Shown here: positions 25,685-38,332 of the stretch, piece after piece
How positions within the stretch are numbered: the first letter of the stretch is position 1
Layout of the letters: the number at the start of each line of letters is the position of its first letter
NCBI GenBank assembly: GCA_030324005.1
Contig: JARDVH010000163.1
Location: forward strand, 84,016,467 to 84,080,466
Length of the DNA stretch: 64,000 nucleotides
Reading direction: 5' to 3'
Source of the DNA: Negaprion brevirostris
Taxonomy: Eukaryota
Translations under genes and position numbers: made by a program
The notes under the pieces: generated by a model
Seen by the model: only the letters and a program-made list of their open reading frames with translations
The model's database searches: none
Told to the model about the DNA's origin: nothing

Positions 25685-25920
25685 CCCAGGTATGAGCCCT
25701 GTTTGCTGTTAGCTGATTTCCACTGAGACAATCGTGGAGGTTAAGTAAAAGCAAAATTCGCCAGGATTCCAGCTCCGGATTATTATTCAGTAAACTGTGA
25801 GGAATTATGTGTGCATGAATTGTCTCCAGATGAGAGCAGAATCAGGTTGAACTGTGATGCTGCACCTCATTCAGCAACATATCAATATTCATTGCATTTA
25901 ATCAGACATGAACAAACTAC
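25685..25920 (+). mobile_element. Old SINE-like repeat fragment (related fragment at ~59780-59845)
   Basis: gttagctgat...gccaggattccagctccggat...gatgagagcagaatcaggttgaactgtgatgc resembles a shark interspersed repeat as I recall it. Heavily decayed. Confidence 0.4.
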
Positions 25921-26229
25921 ACATAAAGGAGACACACTTAAGTAAGGCACCAACTCACACATGATGAGTAGACAGTATGAAGAAGTACTGCAGACAGTTC
26001 AGGGACACACCAAGAACTTACACATGACAAATGGAATGAAGAGCTGCCACACACAAAAGGAAGTCACTGAAAAAAATTCACACAGAATCATTGACACTTG
26101 ATTGGAGTACTTTCTGAAAAATGAAGAATAGTCACTTAATTGATGTTTATTTTTCATTCTCAATGTAGAGAGAAAAGTCATGAATAACTCACTAGAGAAT
26201 ATCAGCAGGTGAAGAATTAAACCCGACTC

Positions 26230-27050
26230 GGCGAGGGGGGGGTCACGTGCTGGGGAACGCCTCACTGACAGTCTCTGTAGCAGTCAGCGTTAGGGACAGG
26301 TTGGGACCCAGGCACTCAGAGGGCTGCTGGAGATCAGTCACCCGCTCAGTCCCAGTCAGATGATGGACTTCTGGAAATGGCTGCCTGCTCACTAGTGAAG
26401 ATGCAATGACAGGCAGTGCAAACATCATCTTTCAGAATCACTCAGCAGACTAGAACAACCTATGGAGCAGTGAATTTGTGTTCTGTCTGATATTGTAGCT
26501 CCAACATGTGGGCATCATGAGGTCACCATGAGAAGGTGGGTGACCACCACAGAGACCTTAGTCCAGCAGGTCTTGCCAGATTTGTACTGTAAGCCATGAC
26601 TGAACATTCTGGTGGGCACCATCAAGATGTAGGTGACATGGGCTGAGGCACCATGGCCTCTTTCCAAGTGTACTATCTCATGACGGAGTCTGGAACGAGC
26701 CCGCTGGCACCCACAAGGAGGATGAGTGTCAACCGGACTGCCTGGGGGCCTGCATTCAGGCTAATCCAAGAGTGTGCAGCCATTCAGAATCCCCTCTGCT
26801 TGTGCTCACGTAACTCCAGCAGCACTGGTTGCCAAGCACCCGGAGCAGGGAATCCTGATAAGGCCGGGATTCTCCAAAGTTAGAGTCTCCGGAGGGCCTG
26901 GGGGCCTGTATTCATCACAGCCATTAGTCTGCCTCTGCCCCTACTGCACTGTATGGAAGGATTAGGAAAGTCAAACATTTCTGATGTCACCTCAGGATCA
27001 TGGATGTGCTATCACTGTAAATAAATTGCAGTTATTGAAAATCATTGGAT
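26230..27050 (+). mobile_element. Probable Harbinger Myb-gene remnant (similar GC-rich decayed coding-like block at ~23000-24080, minus strand)
   Basis: GC-richer, decayed coiled-coil-like coding sequence with many stops. Assignment by resemblance only. Confidence 0.4.
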
Positions 27051-28177
27051 GGCTGTGTGAATGTTCTGGTCAATGATCTGTGTTATGGGGTAATTAAGAT
27101 GGCTGGTACTGTCTTTAACGGCAGACAATACAAAATGTACAAGGCACATATCTCTGCATAAAGATGTAACATTTGTTTAAAACAAAAACACAACAAGCAA
27201 CTGCTCAGAGATCACCAAAAGGCTTAAGTAGCTCTGGAATAAAGCAACAGAACTTCTCCAATGAATTTAACATAGACAATCAAAAACGCATCAATTATAG
27301 ATTTTCTTATTGATCATTCCTACTTCATATTAATTTAAAATCAATTACATTCAGTGAATATACATCAATAATAATTCCTGACATACATTTCAGCAATTTG
27401 CATTCCACCATCCAGCACAATGATATCTTATTTGTCCATTCAATCCAGACACTAACTCCCATCTTGGCTGAACTCACTTCTCTATTGCTATGTAACTATA
27501 AACACTTCATAGAGGTCAAAGTAAACATTCTCAGCAGCTCATTGCCAAACTGGGTAGTTACGTGGTCCTGTGTCCAGATACATATCTCTTCTGTGTCTGG
27601 ACAATGAATATCTCTATTCATGAAGTTGCAAGATGTGTTCCCTCACCAGAAACTTTCTGATATGAATTCTGCTAACTCCTGGGGTTCCCAGGCCTTTGGC
27701 TCTGAACTTTTTGCCTTTACTATCATACCTTGCAGTAATTTACTTTTAGCTGAAATGGACAATGATTCATTCAATACTTAAAATACATCTAAAATATCGA
27801 GATATATATTTTGAAATCATGTTTAATTCTCCAACTGCATCCACATGTGTGTAAACTATTTGTTTCATTAGCTTATTAACTTTGTTTCAAAAATCATTTA
27901 ACTCTTCACTGGTAATGTTGTTAGCACCTTATGTATGCTGTCTAAAACCCTATTAGCTGGTTAACAACTTCCCTCTTCAGTCTGGTCATGTAAATGTTTT
28001 GGTTCCATGATCTATGAACAGAAGGAATTGTGATTCTATACTTTGAAATCCTCTTATCTCAAGGTTTAGCCATCCTCTCACACAGTGACAGTGTACCATT
28101 AAAAGATGAACATTCATGTGATGTCAATCCCAGTGTAAGGAGTCTCCAAACCCCTGTGTGTTATCAGGGCGATGTAC

Positions 28178-28408
28178 ATGGTGGCACAGTGGTTAGCATT
28201 GCTGTGTCACAGTGCCAGGGACCTGGGTTTGATTCCTGTATTGTGTCTGTTTGTACAGAATCTGCACATTCTCCCTGTGTCTGTGTGGGTTTTCTTCCAG
28301 GTGCTCCGGTTTCCTCCCACAGTCCGAAAGATGCGCTAGTTAGGTGAATTGACCGTGCTAAATTCTCCTCAGTGTACCCAAACAAGGGCCTCTGGAGTGT
28401 GGTGAGTC
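28178..28408 (+). mobile_element. V-SINE variant, 3' truncated
   Basis: Head, V-domain and ctaaattctcctcagtgtaccc. Confidence 0.85.
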
Positions 28409-28409
28409 T

Positions 28410-28760
28410 TTGAGCCTGGCCTTCTTCATCCAGAGAAAACCTGACATAGTATTGGGCCTCCGTGTAGAGAGAACCTCCTCTATACAGTAACATGTTGCGG
28501 ACCGAGAGAAGCCGCACCGGTCCCTTGCTGATTCCTGGAAAGACACGGTGGCAAAATTGAGAACTTTCATCACCTTCAAAGCCACTGGCAGGGGATCTCC
28601 ACACATCATCAAGTCTTCACAAAGAATATGACATTGGCAATGCTAGGTCTTTGGACAATAACAGCTGTGCTCGGGATTGCCTCACACTCATTTGGAAGTC
28701 AGAGACTCGTTGACAATAAACCTACGGTTATGGCGAGTCACCTCTCCTGTCTGGGTCTCT
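28410..28760 (-). mobile_element. Harbinger/PIF transposase (HARBI1-like) N-terminal remnant
   Basis: ORF 28358..28612: GDPLPVALKVMKVLNFATVSFQESARDRCGFSRSATCYCIEEV resembles the Harbinger HTH segment (PVxxKVxxALxFxAxGSFQ...GxSQS). Confidence 0.75.
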
Positions 28761-29041
28761 CCACTTCACCCTCTGTTTCATGCATAGGCTCCCTCTTGCC
28801 ATGCCCACCAGCTGGTGCCTTCCTGTTGGAGCTGCACGTACTGACACCTCTCCCACCTCCATCTCCTCCATTGAATGAGGGCCCTGAGAAATGCAGCACT
28901 GAGCCCTGGATCCATTCATCCTTTTGCCTTCTCTCTGAAGGNNNNNNNNNNNNNNNNNNNNNNNNNNNNNNNNNNNNNNNNNNNNNNNNNNNNNNNNNNN
29001 NNNNNNNNNNNNNNNNNNNNNNNNNNNNNNNNNNNNNNNNN

Positions 29042-29395
29042 AAGATGACAATGGTTAAAGAATACAGAAAGGGAAGCTGGGATTGAGAGAAATGTGGGAG
29101 ATGTGGAGCTCCACAGTTTTGGGAGCCTTGATTGCACTGTACCTGATGCAGCCTTACCCCTGAGACACTCACCCATTAGAGGTAAGCAACATTCCATTCC
29201 ATAGCTGTGATATCTGGAACCCTCTGGGAGGTGAGAAGCTGAGAATGAAATGATTAAACTGAAATAACTCCACACTCCATTCTTTGAAGTGATAGACCTA
29301 TGACCTTTCAATTGCTCATGATCAGCAAGTGGAATCTGTTTGGCCACTGATTAAGGACATTCAGTGTTAATTCCTGACTGCCCCTCAATGATGAG
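29042..29395 (-). mobile_element. Very decayed LINE-like (CR1/L2 group) fragment
   Basis: Coding-like and loosely reminiscent of a LINE ORF2 C-terminus. Weak. Confidence 0.3.
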
Positions 29396-29414
29396 AGGGG
29401 CAGACGTTATGCTG

Positions 29415-31923
29415 CTGTGCTCCCTACACTCTCCAAGGCTACATTCCGATTGTATACTCTGTCAATGTTAAGACTTTGCTCTGAGGCTATTGAGTTCTGC
29501 CTGTCCCATTAACAGTGCTGAATAAAATGATTGACTTTCTGGGTAATGAGGTCTCTCTGTTTTGCAACTCTGGGTCCTCGTCACTGTAACGGCACCAACA
29601 AGTGTCTGTGCATTCCAAAAAGGAGCCCCATAGCCCAGCTTAGCGGCCCTCTACGCTGCCTTCAATCGCCTCCCAGACAGAACTGATCTTGCTTTTGTTT
29701 TTGTTGATAACCTTGTTCTGGGACCTCAAGATGGTGCTGCTACACATCTACTTCAGGATTGAGTTAATCCCTCCCTCCATCACTTTCTATGCGCCTCTGG
29801 TTTACCTGAAGCCTCACAGTGCGCAGGTAAAATTATCTCTTGTTACTCTCTAGACTCCATCACTAATATTGGATCCTATCATCATGGTGGTGAACATTCT
29901 GACTCTCCCCCACCCCGACTCCATCGCCTGCAAAGTGCCCATAAGCTCTCTAGCACTCTGTCCAGAGCTTGTGAGCATAGTTATTTACAGAGGTGAACAC
30001 TTCCCGCACCCCACCCATAAAAACTTCACCCTCCCCCTCAGCTCCGTTCTTGTACAGCCCTCCTTCCACATTGCCCCCTCCTGTCTTTTTCACCTCTCAC
30101 CGCAACCCAGATCAAACTTCAGCCATTGGAAGTGAAGTCCTGCAGCACAGTGCCATCAAGACAAATAACGGTGTGAGACTTGGGGAGTAGAAAAGACCCC
30201 AGCACTCCTCAAGCTCAGACACAGGACTGATCTGAGTCAAGGAAATAGGAAGGTCCATGAGTCCTGCAGCACAGTGCTGTCCAGATAGATAACAGTGTCT
30301 GGTTCTGCAAGTAGAAGACTGATGAGAGCGGGGAAATGGGAAGGTCCATGAATCCGGCTGCACAGTGCTATCCATAAAGAACAGCAGAGCTACATTCAGT
30401 ACAACAGAAACATAAGAACATAAGAAATAGGAGCAGGAGTAGGCCATCTAGCCCTTCGAGCCTGCCCCGCCATTCAATACGGCACTGCGCTACAGCAGGT
30501 AGACCATGTATGTTGCACTCTCCTTGAAATCTCGAGCAAACTAAGGTCTACTTGGTGCATCCCACTCAATTCTCAAACAGGTTTGAGGGCGACATGATTT
30601 CCTGTTGGCGTGACGCAAGATTGGAATGTGAGAAGTGTTTCAATGAACATTCATGACATGCAAATGAATGCAAACAGCGTTCACACCAGCAGGCAGCAAG
30701 AAAACATGAACCATTAACCCATCACCCGGAGAATTACAAATTGCTTTTATGGCGGAGAGGGGGCAGATTCCAACTTTCTGCCTCCCACTGGATTCTCCAC
30801 TCCCACCCATCAGCAAACCCACCATAGGTGGAATCCCGTCCAAGAACTTGCCTTTACAAACTTTACAAATTGAGTTGCAGTTAATTACACCCGGGTACTT
30901 AAATTGGATAAATGGACTCATATTGAGAAGGGCTGTCATCAGTTTAATTCACCTTTAGAGGTTGGATCTTGAAGCACTGAAACTCAATGATGTGTTTTGC
31001 ATTCATAATTTAATTGGTTCGGTTGACTCGTAGTATTGGACAAAACCTTAAAATCACGCACTTTAATATTGGCACCTAAATTGTTAACACCTTTACATAC
31101 AACCATTAGTTTGGCATTTACACAAAGATATTAACCAGGTTATGATGACGTTAAATTAAGCTCCCCCATTTCAATTGCAAAAAACAGCAGGGCCTGATTC
31201 CAGGATCCAGGAGTTAATAAAATTTTCACATCCTTATCCTGCTCAAGGTTCTTCCATCATCAGTAAATCAGAAAACAATAAATTAAATAGAATCCCTACA
31301 TTGCAGAAGGAGGCCATTTGGCCCATTGAGTCTGTACCAACCACAATCCCACTCAGGCCCTATTCCTTCTGTGTTCCCCACACTACTGCTTTCACTCTCC
31401 AAGGCTGCATTCCAATCGTATATTCTGTCAATGTTGAGACTTTGCCCTGAGACTATTGAGTTCTGCCTGTCCCATTAACAGCGCTGAATAAAATGATTGA
31501 CTTTCTGTTGCTTTCTGGGTAATGAGGTCTCTCTCCTTTGCAACTCTGGATCCTGTTCACTGTAACGGCACCAACAAGTGTCTGTGCGCTCCAAGAAGGC
31601 TCAGCTTAGTGGCCTCTACACTGCCTTCAATCGCCTTCCAGGCAGAACAGAACTTGCTTTTGTTTTTGTTTGACACCCGTGTTCTGGGACCTCAAGATGG
31701 TGCTGCTACACATCTACTTCAGGATTGAGTTAATCCCTCCCTCCAACACTTTCTGTGTGCCTCCAGTTTACCTGAAGCCTCACGGTGCGCAGGTAAAATT
31801 ATCTCTAGTTACTCTCCAGACTCCGTCACTAATACTGGATCCTATCATTGTGGTGGTGAACATTCTGACTCTCCCCCACCCTGAGCCTATCACCTGCAAA
31901 GTGCCCATAAGCTCTCTAGCACT
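29415..31923 (+). repeat. ~550 bp dispersed direct duplication: 29415-29957 and 31369-31923
   Basis: Long identical runs shared, e.g. gttctgggacctcaagatggtgctgctacacatctacttcaggattgagttaatccctccctcca and cctgcaaagtgcccataagctctctagcact. Confidence 0.95.
30128..30385 (+). repeat. Three degenerate tandem units (~90-115 bp period)
   Basis: Recurrent core gtcctgcagcacagtgc / atccggctgcacagtgc at ~30137, ~30260 and ~30352. Units 2 and 3 share ggaaatRggaaggtccatga. Confidence 0.7.
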
Positions 31924-31999
31924 GTTAATTTACCCTGCTAATCCCCTGACAGTCAGATCAATTTAGCATGGTCAATCAACCTAGCTCACAAATCTTTGG
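31287..31999 (-). mobile_element. HE1/V-SINE 3' half split by a ~555 bp insertion
   Basis: SINE pieces 31287-31366 and 31926-31999 are collinear with the intact copy at 39269-39578. Confidence 0.8.
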
Positions 32000-32124
32000 A
32001 AACGAAATTCAATAAATTAAAAGCAAATGAGAGGGATGACAGGCCCTGGCGGACACTGCAAAAAAAACGATATGTGGTCAACCAAGACAAGGAAAGACAA
32101 GTTAAATACAATTAGGGAGAGGAT

Positions 32125-32436
32125 GTGTTGTGGTGGTAATGTCACTGAATCCAGAGGCCCAGGTTAATGCTCTGACAATGTGTGCTCAAATCCCATCATG
32201 GCTGTTGATGAAATTGAAATTTAATTAATAAATCTGGAATTAAAGACTAGTCTCAGTGATGGTGACCACGAAGCTATCATTGATTTTTGTAAATACCTAA
32301 TGTCCCTTTGTTAATGCAGTGTTGTCTTTACCTGGTCTAGCTTAGATGTGACTCTAGATCCACAGCAATGTAATGGCTGTAGCCAATATAGGGGTGGGCA
32401 ACAAATGCTGACCTTGCCAGGGATACCCACATCCCT
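32125..32436 (+). mobile_element. Same tRNA-headed SINE family, decayed
   Basis: gtggtaatgtcactg...caaatcccatcatgg...aatctggaatt...gggtgggcaacaaatgctg...cccacatccc. Confidence 0.7.
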
Positions 32437-32606
32437 TCAATTAACACGTCCCATCCAGAAACGGGAAGAGCTGGCTGATCATCCATGAGTTATTGCTGCT
32501 ATGGAGAAGTCAGTGCTACAGAATGGATCAGTACAGTTGGTGGGTATCAGTGTACTTGCTCCTGGAACCACTCAAGTGGACTGCTCATATGATTTGCTCA
32601 TATAAA

Positions 32607-32915
32607 ATCATAGAATCCCTACAGTGTAGATAGAGGCCATTCGACCCATCAAGTCTGTACTAACCACAATCCCACCAAAGCCCTATTTCCGTAACCCTGC
32701 ACATCTACCTTATTAATCCACCTGACACAATTTACCATGGCCAATCAATCTAACCCACACATCTTTGGAGTGTGGGAGGAAACTGGAGCACCCGGAGGAA
32801 ACACATGCAGACATGGGGAGAAAGTGAAAACTCCATACAGCCGGTGACTTGAGGCTGGAATTGAACCTGGATCCCTTGCACTGCGAGGCAGTGGTACTAA
32901 CCACTGAGACATTGT
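32607..32915 (-). mobile_element. HE1/V-SINE, full length
   Basis: Tail, V-domain and head on the minus strand. Confidence 0.9.
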
Positions 32916-32939
32916 GGTGACCAGTGTCATCGTGACTAG

Positions 32940-34399
32940 ATTCCTCCATCCTCTCTGCTCAAGGGCCTGCACTGTTGCAGGGAATTCTGTCGGATGGTCA
33001 CACATTTCCCTTTGACATTCAGTATATGTGTCTGGAGATGCACCCTGTCCTCTAACGGGCTCTTCCCACAGTTGTTGCTTCTCCCATCACCCATTCCTGC
33101 TCACTTCTAAAATGGTGCTCACTTTGTGCCACCCATTCTCAGCATACCTGAGCCCTCACCAAGGTGTGTGCATCCGCTAGCGCAGAGTGCATTTTTCTGC
33201 TGTATGGTGGATACATAGAGTGTACCCCTTTCTCTGAGGTTGGCATGGCTCCCAACATCTGCTGCTGCAGCATTGGTCTTGGGGCAGAGAGACATCTGTT
33301 ACATAACACTTCCTATCTCTCAGAATCTGCTTCATCAGACACCTGGCAGCCATCAACTGTGATCTACTGAATACAACTACCCAAATGAGAATGTTGGCAG
33401 CTGCATGCAAGGTACAAAAAGATGTTTTTTCCTCTCTCAGGTGGGCACGCATCTCACTCTTGGTAACTGCCTGACCTGTGGCCATCCTGACAACAGTAAG
33501 GATATTCTCCTCATTGGTGTTGTTATTGACAGGTGTGACCCTGCTGTCAGATATTGTGTGCTTATTTATCCTCAAGATGAAGATCAGGATTGTTATGGTG
33601 ATGAAGATTCCCACTTGAACATCATGAGGCACAATCACGTGCAATTATCCACACACTATCGTATCCATGGGTTTCACTTTAACAAGTGTAAGTGATGTGA
33701 GAAGTGAACATGGGTCCCCCATGTCCTCAGTATTCCTGGGCATTGTCTATTCATAACCAAATGAATCAACACTCATCATTTAATAGCTNNNNNNNNNNNN
33801 NNNNNNNNNNNNNNNNNNNNNNNNNNNNNNNNNNNNNNNNNNNNNNNNNNNNNNNNNNNNNNNNNNNNNNNNNNNNNNNNNNNNNNNNTTAATAGCTTCA
33901 TGGCTGCCAGATTGGCCTTACATGTGATTTTGCCTTCCAAAGTCATCGAAGTATTGTACTGGGTTCACAGCTTGCTCATCAAACTGTGGCTGTTGACATC
34001 TCGAGCCAGCTTCAATCATGCTCACTTAGCTTGACTGGCAGACCTTCTCCCGACATTCTCCATCAATGACACATTCCATCAGGCCCTCACTGATAGCATA
34101 ACCTCCAGAGAGGCATCATAGAATTGGGTAGTGAGTGAGAGGCTGTCTATCCTTTGGCTGTCTGTCCTGAGCCAATCTGTATGATTGATGGACAATGGGT
34201 GCCCTATGAACAGAGCCTGCTGCCTCTAGTTCCCACCACCTGATCACACCCGCCAGGCCTGGTCGGATAGGCAAACCTCAAAGCAACTCGGTAATTGGTT
34301 GCCTCCCATAAAATTCAGTCGGAAGTCACCGAACAACTTTGAGTGAGGTCAGAACACAGAAATAGCCTGGTTCCCAATAGCCACAGAAAAATTCAGCCC
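32940..34399 (-). mobile_element. Harbinger-derived element carrying a decayed Myb/SANT-like gene
   Basis: Minus terminus GGGCTGAATTTT (34388-34399), then QFYDASLEVMLSVRA (~34085-34130), resembling the RFSDxxLExL start of Harbinger Myb-like proteins. Confidence 0.6.
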
Positions 34400-34704
34400 A
34401 AAGTCTTTGAGATCACTATGCAGAGAGTTTACTGATCAGTAAAGATTAGTGTTATATCTGTGCTAAAGGTAGCTGGAAGGTACAATTATATTTTTTATCA
34501 GTGGACAATTACATTTGCAATTTGCATGTCTAACTTATTCAAAAAATCCTCCTTTGCAAAATGAGGAGATCATATATCAAAATTAACATGCTGATAACTT
34601 GTTCCAATTAGATTAAAATTTAAATGTTCTTTTGCTCTGCAACTCAAAACAAAGTTGACCTTTTAAAATTATATTGAAGTTTGTGTTTGTTACTCTTCTG
34701 AGTA

Positions 34705-35168
34705 TGATAGCACAGTGGTTAGCACTGCTGCTTCACAGCTCCAGGGACCTGGGCTCGATTCCTGGCGTGCGTCCGTGTGGAGTTTGCACATTCTCCTCGT
34801 GTCTGCATGGGTTTCCTCCGTGCGCTCCGGTTTCTTTCCACAGTCCAAAGATGTGGGGGTTAGGTTGATTGACCATGCTAAATTGCCCCTTAGTGTCCTG
34901 AGATGCATTGATTAGAGAGATTAGTGGGTAAATATGTATGGATATGCGGGTAGGGCCTGGGTGGGATTGTGGTCGGTGCAGACTCAATGGGCAAAATGGC
35001 TTCTTTCTGTGCTCTAGAGTTTCTATGATTTCTATGATAATGTGGATTTATACCAATTAACACCAACAAATAAGATAAAAAGAGTGCACATTGCCTCATG
35101 GCACCAGGAACCCAGGTTCGATTCCACCCTTGGGTGCCTGTCTGTGTGAAGTTTGCAAATTCTCCCCG
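34705..35168 (+). mobile_element. HE1/V-SINE (34705-35037) plus the start of a second copy (35090-35168) running into a gap
   Basis: Head, V-domain and tail, then a second head gcctcatggcaccaggaacccaggttcgattcc. Confidence 0.88.
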
Positions 35169-35639
35169 NNNNNNNNNNNNNNNNNNNNNNNNNNNNNNNN
35201 NNNNNNNNNNNNNNNNNNNNNNNNNNNNNNNNNNNNNNNNNNNNNNNNNNNNNNNNNNNNNNNNNNNNNNNNNNNNNNNNNNNNNNNNNNNNNNNNNNNN
35301 NNNNNNNNNNNNNNNNNNNNNNNNNNNNNNNNNNNNNNNNNNNNNNNNNNNNNNNNNNNNNNNNNNNNNNNNNNNNNNNNNNNNNNNNNNNNNNNNNNNN
35401 NNNNNNNNNNNNNNNNNNNNNNCTCCTGCTCCTATTTCTTATGTTCTTATGTTCTTATACCCAGCCAAAGGAAAAACCATTGCCATATATTTTCTCACAT
35501 TCTATTCAAACTTAAAACAGTCAGTACAAAATCTGGGTGCAAATCTTGAGAAGATTAACCTGACGTATCTCTAAGGAAAAGTATTCTGTGACCCATCATC
35601 AATAGAAATCATATGCAACATTGAAAGCATTTTAAAAAT

Positions 35640-35870
35640 TGCTGCTTTCGAATCCCTTTTTTTTCTTCCAATTAGGCCCATCTGTGCGCCTGAACAGGCT
35701 GACAGGACCTCAGTAAAGATGCCAGAAACCCAATGCTTCTGACAATGCAGCACTTGCTTAGTGTTATACTGGAAGGATCGACCTAAGTTGCGCGTTCAAA
35801 TCTTGGAATGAAACTTGGAACACGCGACTTTCCGACTGGGAAAGGTGAGAGATTGACCATTCTGCCAACT
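35640..35870 (-). mobile_element. DeuSINE/SacSINE1-like fragment (another fragment at ~180-310)
   Basis: ctgacaatgcagcactt...gactttccgactggg...gagagattgacca, collinear with 6660-6823. Confidence 0.5.
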
Positions 35871-36234
35871 ATGATTTTAACGAATAATAAAATTCTGGAA
35901 ATCATACGAGCTTAATACTTGCTGCCAACAACTAGGGAATGCAAGAAAGTTGTCTTTCACACAATGAAATAGAGCTTCTGCTTTAGGTACAATCAGTGCC
36001 CATTATTACACTAGTTTTGAGAAATGTTTTGTTTTTCTTTAAATTGCTGTGCAAATACTTCTTGTATCTCATTGAATGTCAAATGTGGCTGGAACCACAG
36101 CAGTTAGGCGCCAGTGTAAATATTTGCTTCCTATATTTAAGAATGGTAACTACATACAGTTTAATGAATAGTGCTGGAAATGGATTTGTCACAGAACAAT
36201 AAGCATTTTTAATCACAGTACCTAGCCATCACTT

Positions 36235-36489
36235 GTGAGGAATACGGTATACACAGAACAGGGCCTTGTGCATGTAGTTTCAACAAGCATTGCTAAGAAT
36301 TATACTAAACTAGTTGTTACTGTAATTCTTGGCACACTCGGGATTGTTCTGGAGGTGCTGTCCAATTGCAGAATAACATCTAATGTTGGACATTATGTTC
36401 TGAGTTTTCCAAACATGAGCTGGTTCAGTATATCCAGTACTCTGCCTATTGGAAACAGCAAAATGACTTGCTGCATGGTACAATCCACA
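36235..36489 (-). mobile_element. Second Penelope-like family, GIY-YIG C-terminal fragment
   Basis: SAIGQHLQNNPECAKNYSNN in ORF 36310..36834, typical of the C-terminus of PLE endonucleases. Confidence 0.7.
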
Positions 36490-37974
36490 NNNNNNNNNNN
36501 NNNNNNNNNNNNNNNNNNNNNNNNNNNNNNNNNNNNNNNNNNNNNNNNNNNNNNNNNNNNNNNNNNNNNNNNNNNNNNNNNNNNNNNNNNNNNNNNNNNN
36601 NNNNNNNNNNNNNNNNNNNNNNNNNNNNNNNNNNNNNNNNNNNNNNNNNNNNNNNNNNNNNNNNNNNNNNNNNNNNNNNNNNNNNNNNNNNNNNNNNNNN
36701 NNNNNNNNNNNNNNNNNNNNNNNNNNNNNNNNNNNNNNNNNNNNNNNNNNNNNNNNNNNNNNNNNNNNNNNNNNNNNNNNNNNNNNNNNNNNNNNNNNNN
36801 NNNNNNNNNNNNNNNNNNNNTGACAATCTCCCAATGCACTACGTATTTTTTTACATAGTGCTATGGGAAATCAGGCCACATGCGCAATAGTACCCTCTAG
36901 CAGTTAGCAGCCAGCTTCCCAGCATGAATAGATTCTGTCCACTCTCCCGACTAGTGAGAATCACGCTTTGCCTCATTTCTTTTCTAAGTGTGAGAGATTT
37001 GTTCGTTTCTCTTGCTAGAAAATGGGTCTGAATCTCTCCCCTTTCCACGCTGATTTGGCACTTGGAATTAAGATAGCCCCTTTGAATTTTCCCCCCTGCT
37101 ATTACTGCTTCTTATTTATAACTTTTATACAACATTCTCCAATGATGCAAAGGATTGACTAACTAACTTGGTTAATGCTGCATAATAACTAATCATTAGG
37201 GAGTAGACAAGATGCTTCAAGCCAATTTTCTGGCTATCTCAGACCAATAGATCACACTGTAGGATATGATGGAAATGTAAAGTGAAGTAAGAACAGGTCT
37301 GTGTGGAATAGGGTCACTGACACAGATCTCATGGCTGATACAACCAGTTTCTGTACTTTAACTCGATGTAATTCTCTGAGGTAGAAGAGAACAATACATT
37401 TGAAAACATTCTTCAATCCTAGGTTTATCTGAGAAGCACAGAACCAGAATGTTGAGAGTAGTAAATTCAGACGCACATTTAACGCGATTGTGAGTCACTC
37501 TCCATAAATAAATCCAACAGTCACCACTTCCACACAGAAGTTCAGAGAATACAGCTGTAGGCTGGTAAGTACATCAAAAGAGTAATATTAGGAAGAAAGG
37601 AACACATTTCAGTACTGCAATTACTGGGTTTAAAATATGGACTCATTTTGCTGAACAGGAAATATTTGTCTCAGATCTAGGATAAAAATGTCATTTTTGT
37701 CCATTTTACAATAGCAGAAAACCATTTGTTTCCAAATCAAAGATAAAGTCCAGTGAAGGAGGCATTGAAACCTTTTGTTAATTTGGAGAATTCTGCAGTG
37801 ACAAAGTCTACTGACCTCCTCTGGATGTAGATGGTAATTGCAGCTACAAAGTCAGGGTTCTGGCACATTGCAGTCAGGGTGCAGAACTAACTGAAAGACA
37901 TGCGTCTTCATCACTGTCATTCCTTCATTATCACTGCCCCATTGTCCTGGGATTGTCTAACCAGTATTGCATTT

Positions 37975-38332
37975 GGGCAGCATGGTGGCACAGTGTTTAG
38001 CATTGCTGCCTCACAGTGCCAGGGACACGGGTTCAATTCCGGCTTTGGGTGACAGTGTGGAGTTTGCACATTCTCCCCATGTCTGTGTAGGTTTCCTCTG
38101 GGTGTCCTGGTTTCCTTCCACAGTCCAAAAATGTGTGGGTTGGGTGGATTAGCCATGCTAAATTGACCCTTAGTGACCAAAGACGTGTATGTAGGTGATG
38201 GGATTAGCGGGGTAAATGCATGGGGGTAAAGGAAATGGGGCATGTGGTCTGGGTTTGGGTATGCTCTCTCAGAGAGTCAGTGTGGACTTGATGGGCCGAG
38301 TGGCCTCCTTCTACACTGTAGGGATTCTATGA
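37975..38332 (+). mobile_element. HE1/V-SINE, full length
   Basis: Head, V-domain and tail. Confidence 0.9.

Noticed and set aside
28358-28612. Domesticated HARBI1 gene
   Set aside because: Short, frameshifted, cut by a SINE, with no splice structure or catalytic domain.
30128-30385. CRISPR-like repeat-spacer appearance
   Set aside because: Vertebrate DNA, only three degenerate units, unequal spacing and no cas genes.
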